From: the human T2T-CHM13v2.0 reference genome, Homo sapiens
NCBI RefSeq assembly: GCF_009914755.1
Contig: NC_060931.1
Strand: one strand, 5' to 3'
DNA length: 64,000 bases
A model generated the notes under the pieces. It was given only the letters and a program-made list of their open reading frames with translations, made no database searches and was not told the DNA's origin. The position numbers and the translations under genes were made by a program. Within the stretch, counting starts at the first letter, position 1; each line of letters starts with the position of its first letter. Shown one piece after another: positions 39,601 through 53,684 of this stretch.

Positions 39601-42282
39601 AAACTTTCTTTGCCCTTCATTTTGGTTTGTGTCTTTCCTTACTCCTAAAGGAGAAGGCAGGACCAAGACTTTTTCCCCCTGATATGTATCCACAGGTTTC
39701 ATATTTTCCCATGTTCTTTTCACTTTTCTTTTGGTTGTGAGTTTTTGATAGGGGTAGGGGTGAGGGGTGTAATAGGTAAATAAAGGACTTCAGCAGTAAA
39801 ATACCAGAAAGATCCTTTTGGGAATTCTGTTTTGTTTTGTTTTTAAACAGATGGGAGAAAATTGAGTTGTTAAAGGGGAAACAGTACGTAGTTGAAACTG
39901 TTAATGAGCCTGTGGTCAGAGCCAGCAGAATTTGGTTGTTAAGGATGATGCTCTGAAACTTCATATTATTCAGTCCCAGTCTCCCTGCCTCCCTGGCTCC
40001 CACCCTTCCACCCTCCTCCCAATCTCCCTCCCCACCAGCACAGCACATTGAACAGGCTAAAGTCCAAGGCATAAGGACTTACATCAGTAACTTTAAAACT
40101 ATTTTAAAAATCAGACTTCATCATTTACTCCTTCAGAAATCATTACCATACAAAACCAGGACACTGAAGTTCCTCAGACATGGCCAACTTGATGGTTGAC
40201 ATGTGTTGATATATGAATAATCCTTAGGCCAATAAAGGCTAATGATAGGGACTGTTGGTTTTGTGTAAGGCTAAGTATTGTCTGGCTCAAATAAGAGAAG
40301 AAGAGGATCATGACATTTCTTCTTAAATTATCTTAATTTAACAGGGAGATTTTGCAATTGTTGGCATAAATATTAACCAGTAGCGATTAGTCATCAGTGT
40401 TCATTCGTGATCTATGACCTGCTTGTATATCACGGTATATCTGTAGTTGTAATAAGAAAGTCAAAGAACTCCTCTTGGAGCTTACCATCTAAGGCAGGAT
40501 GACAGAAGTACAGCTTTAAATAGCCTTGCAGATACATTTTTCTAAAAATGCAGACCTGAGGTAGGTATGTAGTCACTATTAGTGGTAAGCAACAATAATT
40601 TGAATTAATATGTAGATCTTGAATAGTAAGTTGTATGTTAAATTACTTTTTGAGAAACGTGTGCTTCTCTGACATGCATTTTAGACATGGCTTAGTTTCT
40701 TTGGGGTCCTATGTCTGTGGGGCAGTCTGTCCATTGCTTTGGACAGTGCTGGGCTGCCTAAGTTCTTTGTCTTGTTGAATTTCTGAGCCCTGACCTTACC
40801 TGCTTCCGGGCTTACTGGGGCCCTAGTACTAATGTTACATTTAACAAATGCCTGTTAAGAATAATATTTGTTAAGTGAATGTCATCCCTGGAATGGATAG
40901 AAAATATTTTGCTATCCCTTAGCCTGATGATAAAAGGTAGTTTTAAAATAGAACAATCCTCTTGCATGTATTTTTATTTTGATTTGATTTTGTCTTCAGC
41001 TTAAAGACAACTGTATGAAAAAATTTTCTTTTTCTGTCTTCCTGCATTTCTGTTCAATGAGCTGGCTTTTCCTTTTGGTTCAAATCTGACAGGACCCAAG
41101 TCTACCTTGTTGAGTTTGATGCACCAGGTGCATGGAGGTAGTTTGGTCTCTTGCAGGGAAGAGTGGATACTGAGCTGCAAAGGTCGTGTACTTGTCTGCT
41201 GGGAGCCCACAGCTGTTGAGCACACTCGCCTGTGGTTGACAGGACTCTGGCACAAGTGCCGTGGAGGATGATGTTAGAGAGGTGGACACATGGGGTCAGA
41301 AGAGGAAGGAGAAAAGGTTAGCTAGCAGGCCACAGATTGTGTGAGTTACTATTGTGAGGAGGACTTTGAGGGGCCTGGAATCTGTGCCCTGAGTGCCAGA
41401 CAACATTGGTTCAAATGGCTAAATGTCAGCATGGTTCTCAACCAAGAATTGGAAGCCTTCCAGGGCCTCTTAAGGCAGACTTTGTAGCTTTTCTTTTCTG
41501 AAGAGCTTCTCCTTCCCTGGCTTCTCAAGCATTGTAACTCATGCTGTTAGGTCTTCCGTTCTGTCCTTCTGGGCCCTGGGGTACAGCTTTTATGGTATAT
41601 GTTCAGAGCTACAGGGATGTCTCCTGTTCATCTTGGGGTTCTTTCTGCATCCCCCTCTGCCAGCTGGGTGAACAGTGGGGAGCTGGAAGCAAGGGGAGGG
41701 GCCAGAGGGAAGGCGGTGAAAGGTGTGCTCAGAGGTATCTGAGCTTTGGGTTTTTACAGAAGTTGATAGCATTGGGCTTAGTGACCACAATTCAATTATA
41801 AGCACCACACAACCATCCTGAGTGACTATATACTTGCCAAATACTGCTGTGTAAAGGCAGCTACATTTTTGTCAGCCTGGCCTGATGGATTTTTAAGTAT
41901 ATTCACCGCATACATTCACGCAAAGGGGAAAATTTACTGCCTAAACAGAGGGACCTAAATCCCCCAGGCTAAATAAACCCAATGAAAACACAAGAACTGC
42001 ATTGACAGGCTTCCCGAAGATAAGAATTCAACCTTTAAAAAGGTTTCTTCAAATGAAAAATGGATGGCTGAGCTGCTAATGGCCCAGTAACCTAAAAATT
42101 TAACTCTTCCCTAATGCTCAGGGACCTCAGGTAAGGTTCACTTTCTTGGAATGGAGGATTTTCATCACTGATCTCTGCACAGTTCTGGGCCTGGAAGGTC
42201 CAGGAAGTGGCCTTGGAAAGTTAATGACCACCATAGAGAATCCATAGAGAATAGATTGTCTTGGCAATTTTTGTGTTGCTTC

Positions 42283-42328
42283 TTTTTGTTTTGTTTTGTT
42301 TTTTGTTCTTTGGTTTGCGTGTGTGTGC

Positions 42329-42359
<31 letters not shown>
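42283..42359. repeat. (GTTTT)n, interrupted (TG)n and (AG)n
   Basis: Read directly. Confidence 0.9.
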
Positions 42360-42784
42360 GGAGTCGTTTATGTATGGCTGTCTGTGGGAGGAGAGGCATG
42401 GGCCAAGGTAGGGGGGTGTGTGTGTGAGTCCCCAGCTTTTCCCTATTGGAATTTGGTTGAGGTGAGACATTTAAGAGAACTGTCTTTCCCTTATACTTAG
42501 AGAGGAAATATGTCTTCCTCTTAAACTTACAGGAAGAGTTAGGAAGTTAAGAATTTACCTGTGCAATTTCTCCTGCATGTTTCTCTGTGGAAACAGGTCA
42601 TACATTGGGACAAAAGTGAGGCAACAGGTCTCCCCTGATATGTCCTCAATCTTCTGGTAGTATTGAAGGTCCCAGAGCTCATCACCAGTAAATCGCACCC
42701 CTGTATTAAGGATAAGTTACAAAGATGTTCATGAATCAACCTGCAGAGGAATCTGTGCCTCTCTTGTAAGTCACCTAAATATTA

Positions 42785-43156
<372 letters not shown>

Positions 43157-43199
43157 ATATATATGTGCGAGGTAGGGAGTGGGGTGAAGAAGGGGTTAA

Positions 43200-43355
43200 C
43201 TACAAATGGGGAAAGGGAATGAGGTGATGAAACTGTTCTATATCATGGTTGCAGTGGTTGTTACATGGCTGTATGCATTTGCCAAATCTCATAGAACTGT
43301 ATGTTGCAAGGGTGAATTTTACTATATGTAAATTATAACTTGACAAACTTGACCT
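43200..43355 (+). mobile_element. L1M 3'-end fragment
   Basis: ggtgatgaaactgttctata...gggtgaattttactatatgtaaattata. Confidence 0.65.
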
Positions 43356-43981
43356 CCCTAAAGCAACAAAGAAAAGAAAAGAAGGAAAAGTAAGTAATAC
43401 TTTCTCATGTCCCCTTGCTACTTTGCCAGCCAGCAAGCCATCTGGATGATGCGAAGGAAGGACACCACGTAGTCAGCTCCAACCTATGAGCTCATGATGC
43501 CAGGAAAGCTGTTCTAGAAAAAGCAGAGATGGTGTGTGTTTCCTTCTGGGGGAGATGACTTAGCTCTCCAGGTAGCAATGACCTTGTATGGTTAACACAG
43601 GTAGGGAAATACCTAGCTTCATGCTGACTCACCAGGTAAAAAATCATTTCTCTGAATGAGTCAGAATCACAAATATGTTCTGAATAGTCTCCTATGTCCT
43701 GCATGGGGAAGGGCCTGAAGCACCAATCAGAATGTCTGTTTGCAGGTCTCAGTGGTCCTATATGGGCAACACCTACAAGCCGTGGGTCTCTCATTTCCCA
43801 GAATGATAGTGGTAAATTCAAGCCCTCTAGCTCACTTAATCACATACTCAATTAGGTACAGGAGACACTTTAAAAAAATGTATGCTGTGCTGATGATGTT
43901 GTTTATTCAGTTATAGGTAAATCCAATAATGGTGAAATAAAATCCTTCAATATTAAGTGTATTCCTGGCCATTTAGAGAAG

Positions 43982-43984
<3 letters not shown>

Positions 43985-44030
<46 letters not shown>
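43985..44030. repeat. (TG)23 microsatellite
   Basis: Read directly. Confidence 0.97.
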
Positions 44031-44033
<3 letters not shown>

Positions 44034-45390
44034 GGATACAGTTAAAGCAGACTTGGGTAATGTAAAATACCACAGAAAGTAGGGGTTTCCAAGGAAAACA
44101 TGGGGGAAACTCTGTATGAGAATCTAATGTATGCTATAGCTTTTAAAAGGAAACATTAATAGTGAAACATGCCCTCAAAGGGCAAGCCAGTAATAAATTT
44201 CGTGTCAGAAATTACCTGTCAGTAGGATTATGTTAAATAATGTTGAATTGTTATTAGTCGAAGGGGAAAGAGAAGAGTGACTTTCTAAAAAATGTTCAAA
44301 GAGTATAATGTTTCACATACAAATCCCATTATTGTTTAATGGCATTTTTGTACTTATCCCTTCTCAAAGATGTATTGAAAATTTTGGCCACTTTAATTCA
44401 TCCCTCAAATGTAGTCGTTATGGGAAAAGAAGCCAAACTTCATGCAGGAATTTGGAGTTACCCAGGGGACTAGTGTATCTGATTGGACGTCCACTGTAGT
44501 ATGTCCTAATCGATAAACGTGTGTGTGCCTGCTTACTGGGACTACAGAGGAAAGCAGTTTCACCTCTATACCTCAGCAAACCATTCGTGAAGTAGCAGGG
44601 GCCCCTCTATTTCAACATTTTGAGCACTTTTGCTTGTTTTGGCCAAACAACTAAAAATATATTTTTCCCCTTGAAAAGTATTCGCATTGCAAATGTGTGA
44701 CCGTCTAAGAATTTTTAAGGTTCATTGCAATATATTGGGTCTGAAACTGATGGCACTTGCTGAGGCAGGGCCCAGATCCTGCCCCAGGTGCAGTGAAGGC
44801 AGAAGCCTGAGTGGGAACAGACTGTGAAACAACTGAGGCTTAAATTGTGACCTAACACATTGCCACCCGGCTTGAGCCTATCCTCTTTACGACTTATGAC
44901 TCATAGGTGTCAAATCATCAAGTGATTACACCCAGAATGAAAGAGTATTTCGACTTCATGTGAATTGAATGAAGAATGATTGCGACCTTAGATTTGGGTT
45001 TCTGAAGGACAAAGTTAGAGATAAGCTCTGGGACTACTCCTTCTGCTTTGATTTCATTCACCGATTACTGGTCATTAACTGCCCTGTGTCTCGTTTGAAA
45101 ATTGCTGTATTTGATATTTCATGATATTTGGACCAGATCTCGCCAACAAACTCAGTAGGCATTTGTGGAAATCTTGATTTCTTTGGGTCATCAAATCTCA
45201 ATTTTAGTAAATGGCCTCCGCGGTAATTCACAAATGGGTTCAGGGTGGCTTAGAGTCAGAGTTCAAAGTGCAAGAAAGTGGATCCTTTCAGGGGCAACCT
45301 GCAGTCCAGAGAGGCTTCTTCCAGTTGGAACATTTAGATCAGCTTCAGGAATGTTATGTCTTAGATGTTATTTGAATGACATTTCAGTCT

Positions 45391-45700
45391 TTACTTATTT
45401 ATTAATTTTTGGTTTTTTGACATAGGGTCTCACTCTGTCACCCAGGCTGGAGTGCGGTGATGCAACCACAGCTCACTGCGGTCTTTGAACTACCAGCCTC
45501 AAGAGATCCTCTCACCTCAGCCTCCTGAGTTGCTGGGACTACAGGCACACAACCCCACACCCAGCTAATTTTTTGTATGTTTATAAAGTGGGGTTTCACC
45601 ATGTTGCTCAGGCCAGTCTCAAACACTTGGGCCCAAGCGATCTGTCCTTCTCGGCCCCCTGAAGTGTTGGGATTACAGGTGTGAGCCACTGTACCCAGGC
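45391..45700 (-). mobile_element. AluJ
   Basis: gggtctcactctgtcacccagg...acagctcactgc...caagagatcct; heavily diverged. Confidence 0.9.
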
Positions 45701-46139
45701 AGAATATTTTAAAGCTTGTTCAGATGGCAGTCATTTGTGCTATATCCATTTGGGATTTGATCTTTTGGTTATGGGATGATCTTTTAATGACATTGCAAAA
45801 TGTATGTTTCAGAATGTCCTATAAATAGTTTAAAGATACAGAGCCAAAGCTGCCATTGTCACTTATAACATGGATGAGACCAAGACTAAGTGAGACTATG
45901 CTCTTTCCAAGGAGACATCACCTTCCCCACCAATAGGTTCCATGTTCTGATCTAGTCTGGCTTCAGTCAGACTGGAAACTTTTTGAGACACTGCTTATGC
46001 CTCACCCCTAATGAGAGCCCCTTGCACTTCCAAAAACCTCTTACTTTCGTGTGAAATTCTTTCCTAGCTTCCAGCTTTTTGATTTAATTTAATTTTTAAG
46101 AATTTAGAAAAACAGCCTTTTGTTATAATTGTGGACAAA

Positions 46140-46470
46140 GTTTCTTAATTTTTTTCTTATGGAAAATTTAAAACATGTTATGCAAGCAGAAAGGTTAGGC
46201 TAATGTCCCCATCCCATGAACTCCATCACCCAACCTGAACAATTATCAGCTTACAATCACGTTTCATCCATGTCTCTACTCACTTTTAGCCTCTCTCAAG
46301 GTTATACGAAGCACATCCTAGTTATCACAGCATTTCATTCATATTTTAACATGGCTATATAAAAGATAAGTAGTCTTTAAAGAAAAGTAACCACAATACC
46401 ATTTCTCCACCTAAAATATTACCCATACTATATTAATGTTCTGAAAACACCCTTCGAATTTCCTTGATGT
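46140..46470 (-). mobile_element. Ancient L1M fragment, apparently resuming at about 47380-47860 beyond the pseudogene
   Basis: ttttcttatggaaaatttaaaacat...catcacccaacc...aacaattatca...aaccacaataccatt. Confidence 0.55.
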
Positions 46471-46473
46471 CTC

Positions 46474-47372
46474 TTTTTTTGTCCTTTATTATTTTTTGAA
46501 TTACTTTGCTTTATTTTTCATGTGTAAAAACACCATATGGTGGCCACAGTGGGAAGCCAGGTCCTCTGCACTAAGACTTTGGTGTGAGTCTTTAGGAGTT
46601 GGTCAGTGAATTCCTGATAAGAGACTCTGTTAATGTGGTCTCTTTCCAGAGGTGGGTTGGGAGGTAAAATAGCTCAATGTCTTGGAGACCGCATCAGAGG
46701 TGGCTGTGGTGAAATTGCCCTAGGTGGCAGTGTAGCCCCTGGCCAACATGTAGCATTCATAGATACTGGCCTTAAGCAGCAGTTTCTTAGGCACAGGGAT
46801 TGAGATGATGCCATTGTCTCTGGGAGTCAGGAGGAGGTGCGCCAGAGCCACGGAGGCCAGTCACCTTTCAAGGGACCACTTAGGGCTCACCTATCTTGTT
46901 CCCCACAGTGTCCTCGAGCAGACAGGTGATGGAGAGCTCAACCAGGATGTTGGCCTTGCCCATGACAGCAGCTACTCAGGCTGACATGGCTATGCAGTCT
47001 CTGAGTGTAACAAATGCCTTGAACCTGGTCTGCTGGCTGGCACAGGTCTGCTTTTGCATGAGCTTAATCCACAAAACTTCATCCTTGAGGGACCTCCCTG
47101 GGAAAAAGTCAATGATTTTAGACTCCTCAATGGGCAAGGAGAAATCATGACTAACCTCCAGGGCCTTGATCTTCATTCCTTGGGCAGGCAGTCCCGCATG
47201 GTGACCCAGAACCACTCCTTGGCCTTGGCCTTGCCTCTGTGGTCTAGGCCAGGTTCGTGACCCTGGCCCTGGACACAGCTGCCAAAGCCTCCACAGAGCT
47301 GCCATGACCTCTCATTACAGGGCCCCGGAGTAGCAACTATGTCATTGTCACTGGTATTTTCTCAGAGAATCA
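46474..47372 (-). pseudogene. Processed RPS2 (uS5) pseudogene, near full length and disabled
   Basis: Minus strand gives [56 protein letters not shown] (RPS2: [56 protein letters not shown]). Homology continues to a YQEFTD/THT-type C-terminus. Intronless; AATAAA at 46510-46515, poly(A) remnant at about 46474-46497; frameshifts, deletions and lost start codon. Confidence 0.93.
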
Positions 47373-49269
47373 AGACTGTAATAAGGTTCATACTTAAAAT
47401 TGGTTGACATGTCTTCTAAAACTCTTAAATCACAGATCTGAGTTCTCCATCATTTTTCCTGACAATTTATTTGTGCAACAGCCTGTAGAGTTTTGTACAA
47501 TCTGAGTATTCTGATTGCATTTCCATAGTGTCAGTTTAATAAGTTTCTCTGTTTCTTGTATCTCTTGTAAACTGGTAATTAGGGGCTTTTAGGTTTGATT
47601 TAGAGTCAAGTTCAAATTTTTGGCAGGAATACTTCCCATGTGGTATGGCACATTTCTATTAGGAGGCACCAATGGTTGGCTTGTTTTTCTCTTTGGGCCA
47701 TTGGCAGTCACTGACACGGTCTATATCCATTATTTCTTTAGGGATTATGAAATGGTGAAGTCTGATTCTGTCATTCATTCTTTGTTTATTAGCTGGAGTA
47801 CTTCTATGAAGAGAACCTTCTCCTCATCAACTCTTTGGTTACCCTGAATTCCAGTTCAATACTTCTTCAAGCGTGTGACCCATTTATTCTGGTTTCAGAG
47901 AGATGCCTTTTTTTTTTAACCTAATGGGTACCCAGAAACAACTATAGGAAATAAAACCTCACCCATAAAGGGAGGTATTGAGCAGCAGAAAAACTCCAGA
48001 ACAGGGGTCTCCAGGGTCTTGACTCAACCTCTGGCACCTGTATGATGTTGGACAAGCTGTATAATTTCTCAGAGTTAGTGGACTCCAGGCTTCTATCTGC
48101 ACTCCAACCAGAGAGGCAGTTTTTTCTATTTGTTTTAAACAAATAAAGCTACAGCCTTAAAAAATTGTGTACAGTTTATTACTAAGGTATCTTTCAGCTT
48201 AAACAGTTTATGATTTTCATTTATGATTTAAAAAAACAAGTCCATGTTAGGAAACTTAGCAATCTGATGACCAACAGATACCAAGTGTTATTTCTAAAAA
48301 TGCATTATTTCATTTATTAATTCAATAGTTCATTTATTTCTCCATTCTTTAAACAAGTGTTTGTACTATCTAAGTCCCTATAAAGCATAAAGCTTAGGCG
48401 TAGACATTGTAGGCACTAACATTTTGGGGATCACTTGGAGGTACCATTCTTGAAGCCTCAGCCTGAAATTCACAGAGTTGAGGAAAGGATCCTGGAATTC
48501 TTGGAAGTCTTTCTAAAAATCATCCACAAGAAGGATTCCAGGTACATGAGAGCTAAACTTGGAATTTTCCCCATGGAAAGTCTGTTTGCTATGCAGAGCC
48601 AGCTTAGGGAGTATTTAACAACATCCCTGGGAGGGAAGAGCAATTTAGAACATCTGGAGACTGCTCATTAATTGTTTATATGATAATGTTGATCTGAAAT
48701 TGTAGAAACGAAAACCTGATCTGTGATCCCTCCTTCTCAACCCATTTCCCATTTCTTTTTTACCCGTGCAACTGATGAATGCACACAGGTCAGAAGTATG
48801 AGGACTGGTTTGAGGACAGTTTCAGGTTCCAAATAGGAATTATGGATCCTACTTTCTCTTTAGTGCATCTTATATTCCACTGTGGGTGTGTTCATTATTA
48901 ACAGTGGCTAAGACTGAGGGGCTGAACAGGGAAAGGAGAGCAGAAAACAGAATTCCAGAATCCACCATTTGAATCACACTGGTTTGTGATGGAGGAAGCA
49001 CATAAATAACATCTACAGTTCTCACCTCTGAAACTAAGAGCAATGGGGGCTTCCCTTCTTCACAGTTTCACCCAGTTCTTATTCACAGAAGGTGCTGTTC
49101 TCCTAGCACTTAATAATTCAATAATGAGAGTTGGAAGCTGTCCCAGCAGGAGATGTTATGAAACAACCTTAAAGAATAATAGAGGGGGAAAAAGAGCAGC
49201 GCTCTATTTTTAAAAAATCAGAGCCTTTCTTGGAGGCCATGAAATTCTAGGTTCAAGTTAATTATCACC

Positions 49270-49580
49270 AACAAATATTTATTCACATGATGAATATTTA
49301 TTGAATGACTCCTTTGAGCAGCAGTATAGGTGTCATAGTGGTGTCATATTGGCACAGAGATGACAGGAAGCCATTCCTTATAAGCTAGTAGGGCAGAGAC
49401 ATTTGACATAACTGATTATGAAATGAGGCAAACTTTGAAAGCGCTGCATTAAAGGTACACAGAGAAAAGCTTTATGAGAACGTGATAGGAAGACATCGCT
49501 TCTAGGTGGAGGGTTGCAGGGAAGCTTAATGAAGGAGATGGCATTGATGCTGAATGTGAAAAATTGGATAGAACTTCAGC
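49270..49580 (-). mobile_element. L2 fragment
   Basis: aacaaatatttatt...gaatatttattgaatgact...cagggaagcttaatgaaggagatggcattgatgctga. Confidence 0.6.
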
Positions 49581-50484
49581 TAGGGGAGCTGGAGGGGACT
49601 ATCAGTCCTGAGGGTACACTGAGCCAGGAAAGGTTGTTGGAAACAACTGTCCTGCTTGGCTTCCATTTCTTTCTTAAAGACCATTAGAACTTGGTGTCCC
49701 TGTGTGTGCCACTGGGTGAGACCATGATACAACCTGGGACAGAGCTAGAGAAGAAGGAGGAGATGCTTTAAAAATTTCCCTCATTTGCACCAACTGCACT
49801 CCTCCTGATCCTTTCAGAAATGACATGTTATTCAAACTCTGGAAAAATCAGTTTCATCTATTTTTTTTTAATCCTGAGTCAACACATCTGCTTCCTTATC
49901 AGATGCTGCTCTGATTTCAGGCCTGGTATTGCCATAGGCTCCCCTGAGTAGCCACCCACACAGTAAACAGTTGTCCCACTTTTCAGGGCTCCAGGCTGCC
50001 TGTTGGCTCTGTCTAGGTAATCCTGCGGGACCAGTAGGGCTCTCTGATTCCAGATCTATACACAGATACAGTCACACGCAGCTGGGACTTGCCTCCCGTC
50101 TCAGCAGGCATGATCTCTGTGATCCTCCCCTGGGAGGTGGAGGCCTACTAGGCCTTGGGTGAACACCCACCCCTGGCTAGACAACACCCCCAACCCCTTG
50201 ATTCCTGGATAACAAGCTACCAATGGAGTCAGGCTAGCAATCTGAATATAAATGACTTACTTTCTCGATTTAATGAGAAAGAATAAATTACTTGCAATAG
50301 GAGGTTAGGTATGGTTCTGACATTGCAATATTCTCTTCAAGTTAACAGCAGGCATTTGTTACATGCTCAGAGAATTTTATGATTTATAAAGAACTTTCCA
50401 AAACAGAATATAATTTGATTCTTGTTAGAGGCTCTATCATTCTCACTTTATAGATAAAGAAATTGAGGAATTCGTTGGTTAAGA

Positions 50485-50715
50485 AAATAAAAATAGCCAC
50501 TCTCATTGGGCACATGGCCAAGTCCTGTTCTAAACACTTTAGATTTAACTCATTTAAGCCTTTAAATCATCTTATGAGGCAGATATCATCATTATTGTCC
50601 CCATTTTGCTGCTGAAGAAAGCAGGCATGGAGAAGTTATGAACTTGCTCAAAGGCCTGCAGCTAGTAAACAGTAGAGGTGGGGTTTGAACTCAGCCATCG
50701 TGGCTCCAAGGTTAC
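50485..50715 (-). mobile_element. MIR SINE
   Basis: ttaactcatttaagcct...ccccattttgc...aacttgctcaaagg...cagctagtaa...gggtttgaactcag. Confidence 0.75.
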
Positions 50716-50997
50716 ACTAGATGGCCTATAGCTTGGATCTGGAAGAGAAGATCTTTCCAAATCTGCCATTCATCCAACAAAGCAGACACCTGGATCTCAC
50801 AGGGAATGTTCCTCACTGGCAAATGTTTCTGCTGGACAAATGTCTTCTCTTTTATTGGCCTGTTATAACTAGAGTGGACTTTGAGAGCGCTAAAAAGAGA
50901 ACATTGTTTGCTGCCTGTTTATTTTTCCGTCATTCTACACTGAGACAGGCACCATCCTCTTCAGTGAGAAAACCACACAAATAAACCCCCTTCTTGA

Positions 50998-51113
50998 GCT
51001 AGGCATGGTGGCTCATGCCTGTATTCCCAGCTACTTCAGAGACTGGAGGATCACTTGAGGCCAGGAGTTTGAGACCAGCTTGGGCAACATAGCAAGACCC
51101 TCATCTCTAAAAT
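50998..51113 (+). mobile_element. FLAM_A-like free left Alu monomer
   Basis: gctaggcatggtggctcatgcctgta..cccagctact...gggcaacatagcaagaccctcatctctaaaa. Confidence 0.85.
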
Positions 51114-51679
51114 AAATGTGTCATGTACATAAAACTATCATTCATGAAATAAAATAAGCCCACCTCTGTTACTCCAGGATGACGATGAAGGAAACCCTGA
51201 GAATCAAGAGGGCATTTCCAAGTCTTGTGGGGAGCAGAGGCTCATAGGAAATAGCACTGAACACAGAGCCAGACAACCTGGATGTTGGTCATGTGCCAAA
51301 GGTGAGATCTTAGGTTAGTTGTATTTTCTGAGCCTCGGGTGTATTAAGGAAGAGGCAGAGCCTCTTCTGCCCATTTTCTGTTATAAAAAATATGTGAAAA
51401 TTATTTGAAATACTATACATTACATGCCATACTTTTAAAAATGAAATTTGATGGGTTTCTAAGCCTCTGCAGAATTTGGGCATCATTTTAATAAAATAGA
51501 CTTGATGAAGTGAAGCTTCTCAAAATAATAATTTTTAAAACGGTACAATTTTAACTGGGGATATATTTAATCTGTATAGATAAGGGAAACAATTTTTGCA
51601 GTCGTCTCATAGATTCTTCTAGAAAAACTCAGAACAAACCAAACTTTTTAGAATTTATTTCACTTTGTTCTTGTTTTAT

Positions 51680-51729
51680 TATTATTATTTTTAAAGAGGC
51701 AGGGTCTCACTATGTTACCCAGGCTGGTC
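51680..51729 (-). mobile_element. Short Alu/FLAM 3' fragment
   Basis: tttttaaagaggcagggtctcactatgttacccaggctggtc. Confidence 0.7.
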
Positions 51730-53684
51730 CTTTAATTTCTTCCATATGGAAGTCCTTTTATTTCTTCTATAACTAAATCCATTTGGAAGAGGGGGGTGCC
51801 ACTCATACCTAGTGTCTCAGTGAACAGTGCTAAAAGGGAATTCTGTGATTAAAGAATCATAGAGCTTCTTTTCCCTGTGAAAGCACACCCTCTAAGGCTG
51901 TGTCTCAGCATCTCCAGATCTTCACGCTCTGGTGCCTAATAAAAGATCATCGTTATCTCTGGAGGGAATTCTCTCAGGTAGTGAAGGTAGGCAGAAGGTA
52001 AGTTTCTAGATACAAATTATATTTGGCCTCGTGGAGATACTAGGAACTGTATATCCAGGAAATGCCTATTCCCTCCTCTTTTCCATAACTGGCCTCAGGC
52101 TCGCCCCATTTTAACCCTCTCATTGACATCCAGAGCCGCTACGGTCAAAGAGGAGGCGGCCACGAATTGACCTGAATTCAGTAATAAGCCTATCTAGTCA
52201 ACCACTTCAGAGTCAGGAGTTGTCTATACAGATAGCCAAGTCTTCCTAGAAATACTGTTACCAAAGAGAGAATCAAATGGAAAAAAGACACAGTCTGTGA
52301 TCCAGTCGGTATTAAAGAATAAAGGAATACTTGCTGGAATTAACATTTCGCAAACCCAATAAGAAGTCCCTAAAATTAATTTTACCTAAATCCCAGCCCC
52401 AAATTTGGAATTGAATGCTAATCCAAAAAGTTATGTTAAATCTCTACTTCCAAAATAATTTTAGAATGATGTGGCCATTTCCACAGGCCTAATATGGCAG
52501 CATCTCCCAAGGGCCATCAGAACCAAGTGGCCTTGGAATTGTGCAGTGAGACGAGGACAGCCCCTTGAGACATCCAGATTAGAATCAGTCATAAGGTCCA
52601 ATCTAGTCTTGGCTGGCCTTGGGGATTCGGGGTTGGGGGGTGGGGGTCACAGGGCATCCACATCTCTGGTAGCATAATTCTTGCCAGGTCAGGTGGTGTG
52701 TAAAAAATTATAGGCATGCAGGGTCACTGGAAAATGTTGAGAGCCAGAAAGTTTGGGTTATGATAGTTATGAACAAGGGAAAGTATTTACAATACCCCTT
52801 TTGCCCCAAAATAGATTTTAAACACTATACAAGCACAATGGAATGTGTTCATTCATTTCTAACCGGATTGTCTTCTACTCTCATGTTTAGGTCATAGCTA
52901 TTTCTAGGCTTTCATGTGACAAGACCTTCACAGACTAAATTCAGTGGTGTCACCTTCTGAACAAAGTGGCCACATGCGCTGTGGTTTTCCCTTGTTTATT
53001 TTGTCTTGTTTTGTTTTACACAGCCAGTATCACTAGCCTCCTGATCAAGGTTAGTAGATAGAATTCAACCCCGTTCATTTAAAAGAGTGATAAATTTATG
53101 CCAGCCCATGATCTCACTCCCCTGAGTAGCAGAATGTGTCTGTGGTGCGCTGTGAAGTCAACCTTCCGGACACAAGTGTTCTGTGTGACCCTGAAACTAC
53201 ACCTGAAAGACAGGATGATGTCGTCATACCAAGCAAGCATTCTGACTGCAACTTAAAGTATTAAGGACAACATATATCCAGAGGTGAAAAGAAAATGAAA
53301 ATGGCTGATTTATTGTTTTAATTGAGGAAGAGCCTGTAATCCAAATAAACTATGTTGATGGAAAAGACTCACCCAAACGCCAAGGTGAAATTTCCTAATA
53401 CTTCTGCCAATTTGTTAGCGAATAGATGATGAGGAAGTCTCAGGTGGATTCTACTTGTACAAGGCCAAAAAAGATCTTATTACCAGGGTGGAGGTCAATG
53501 ATTAACACTGTGATATGAAGTCATATTTCTTGTAAAGCAGCTCTTTGCAGTGTGCCAGGTTTGAGATAGTGTGCACACAATGTGACTACTCAACAATTAA
53601 CGTGTTTTCCTGTGAGCGAAACTTGGTGAGGAGGGTGGCACATTTCTCTTTCCGCAATGTGAATTCTTACACATATACACACAT

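Noticed and set aside
46896-47260. Plus-strand ORFs over the RPS2 pseudogene
   Set aside because: Antisense shadows of decayed coding sequence.
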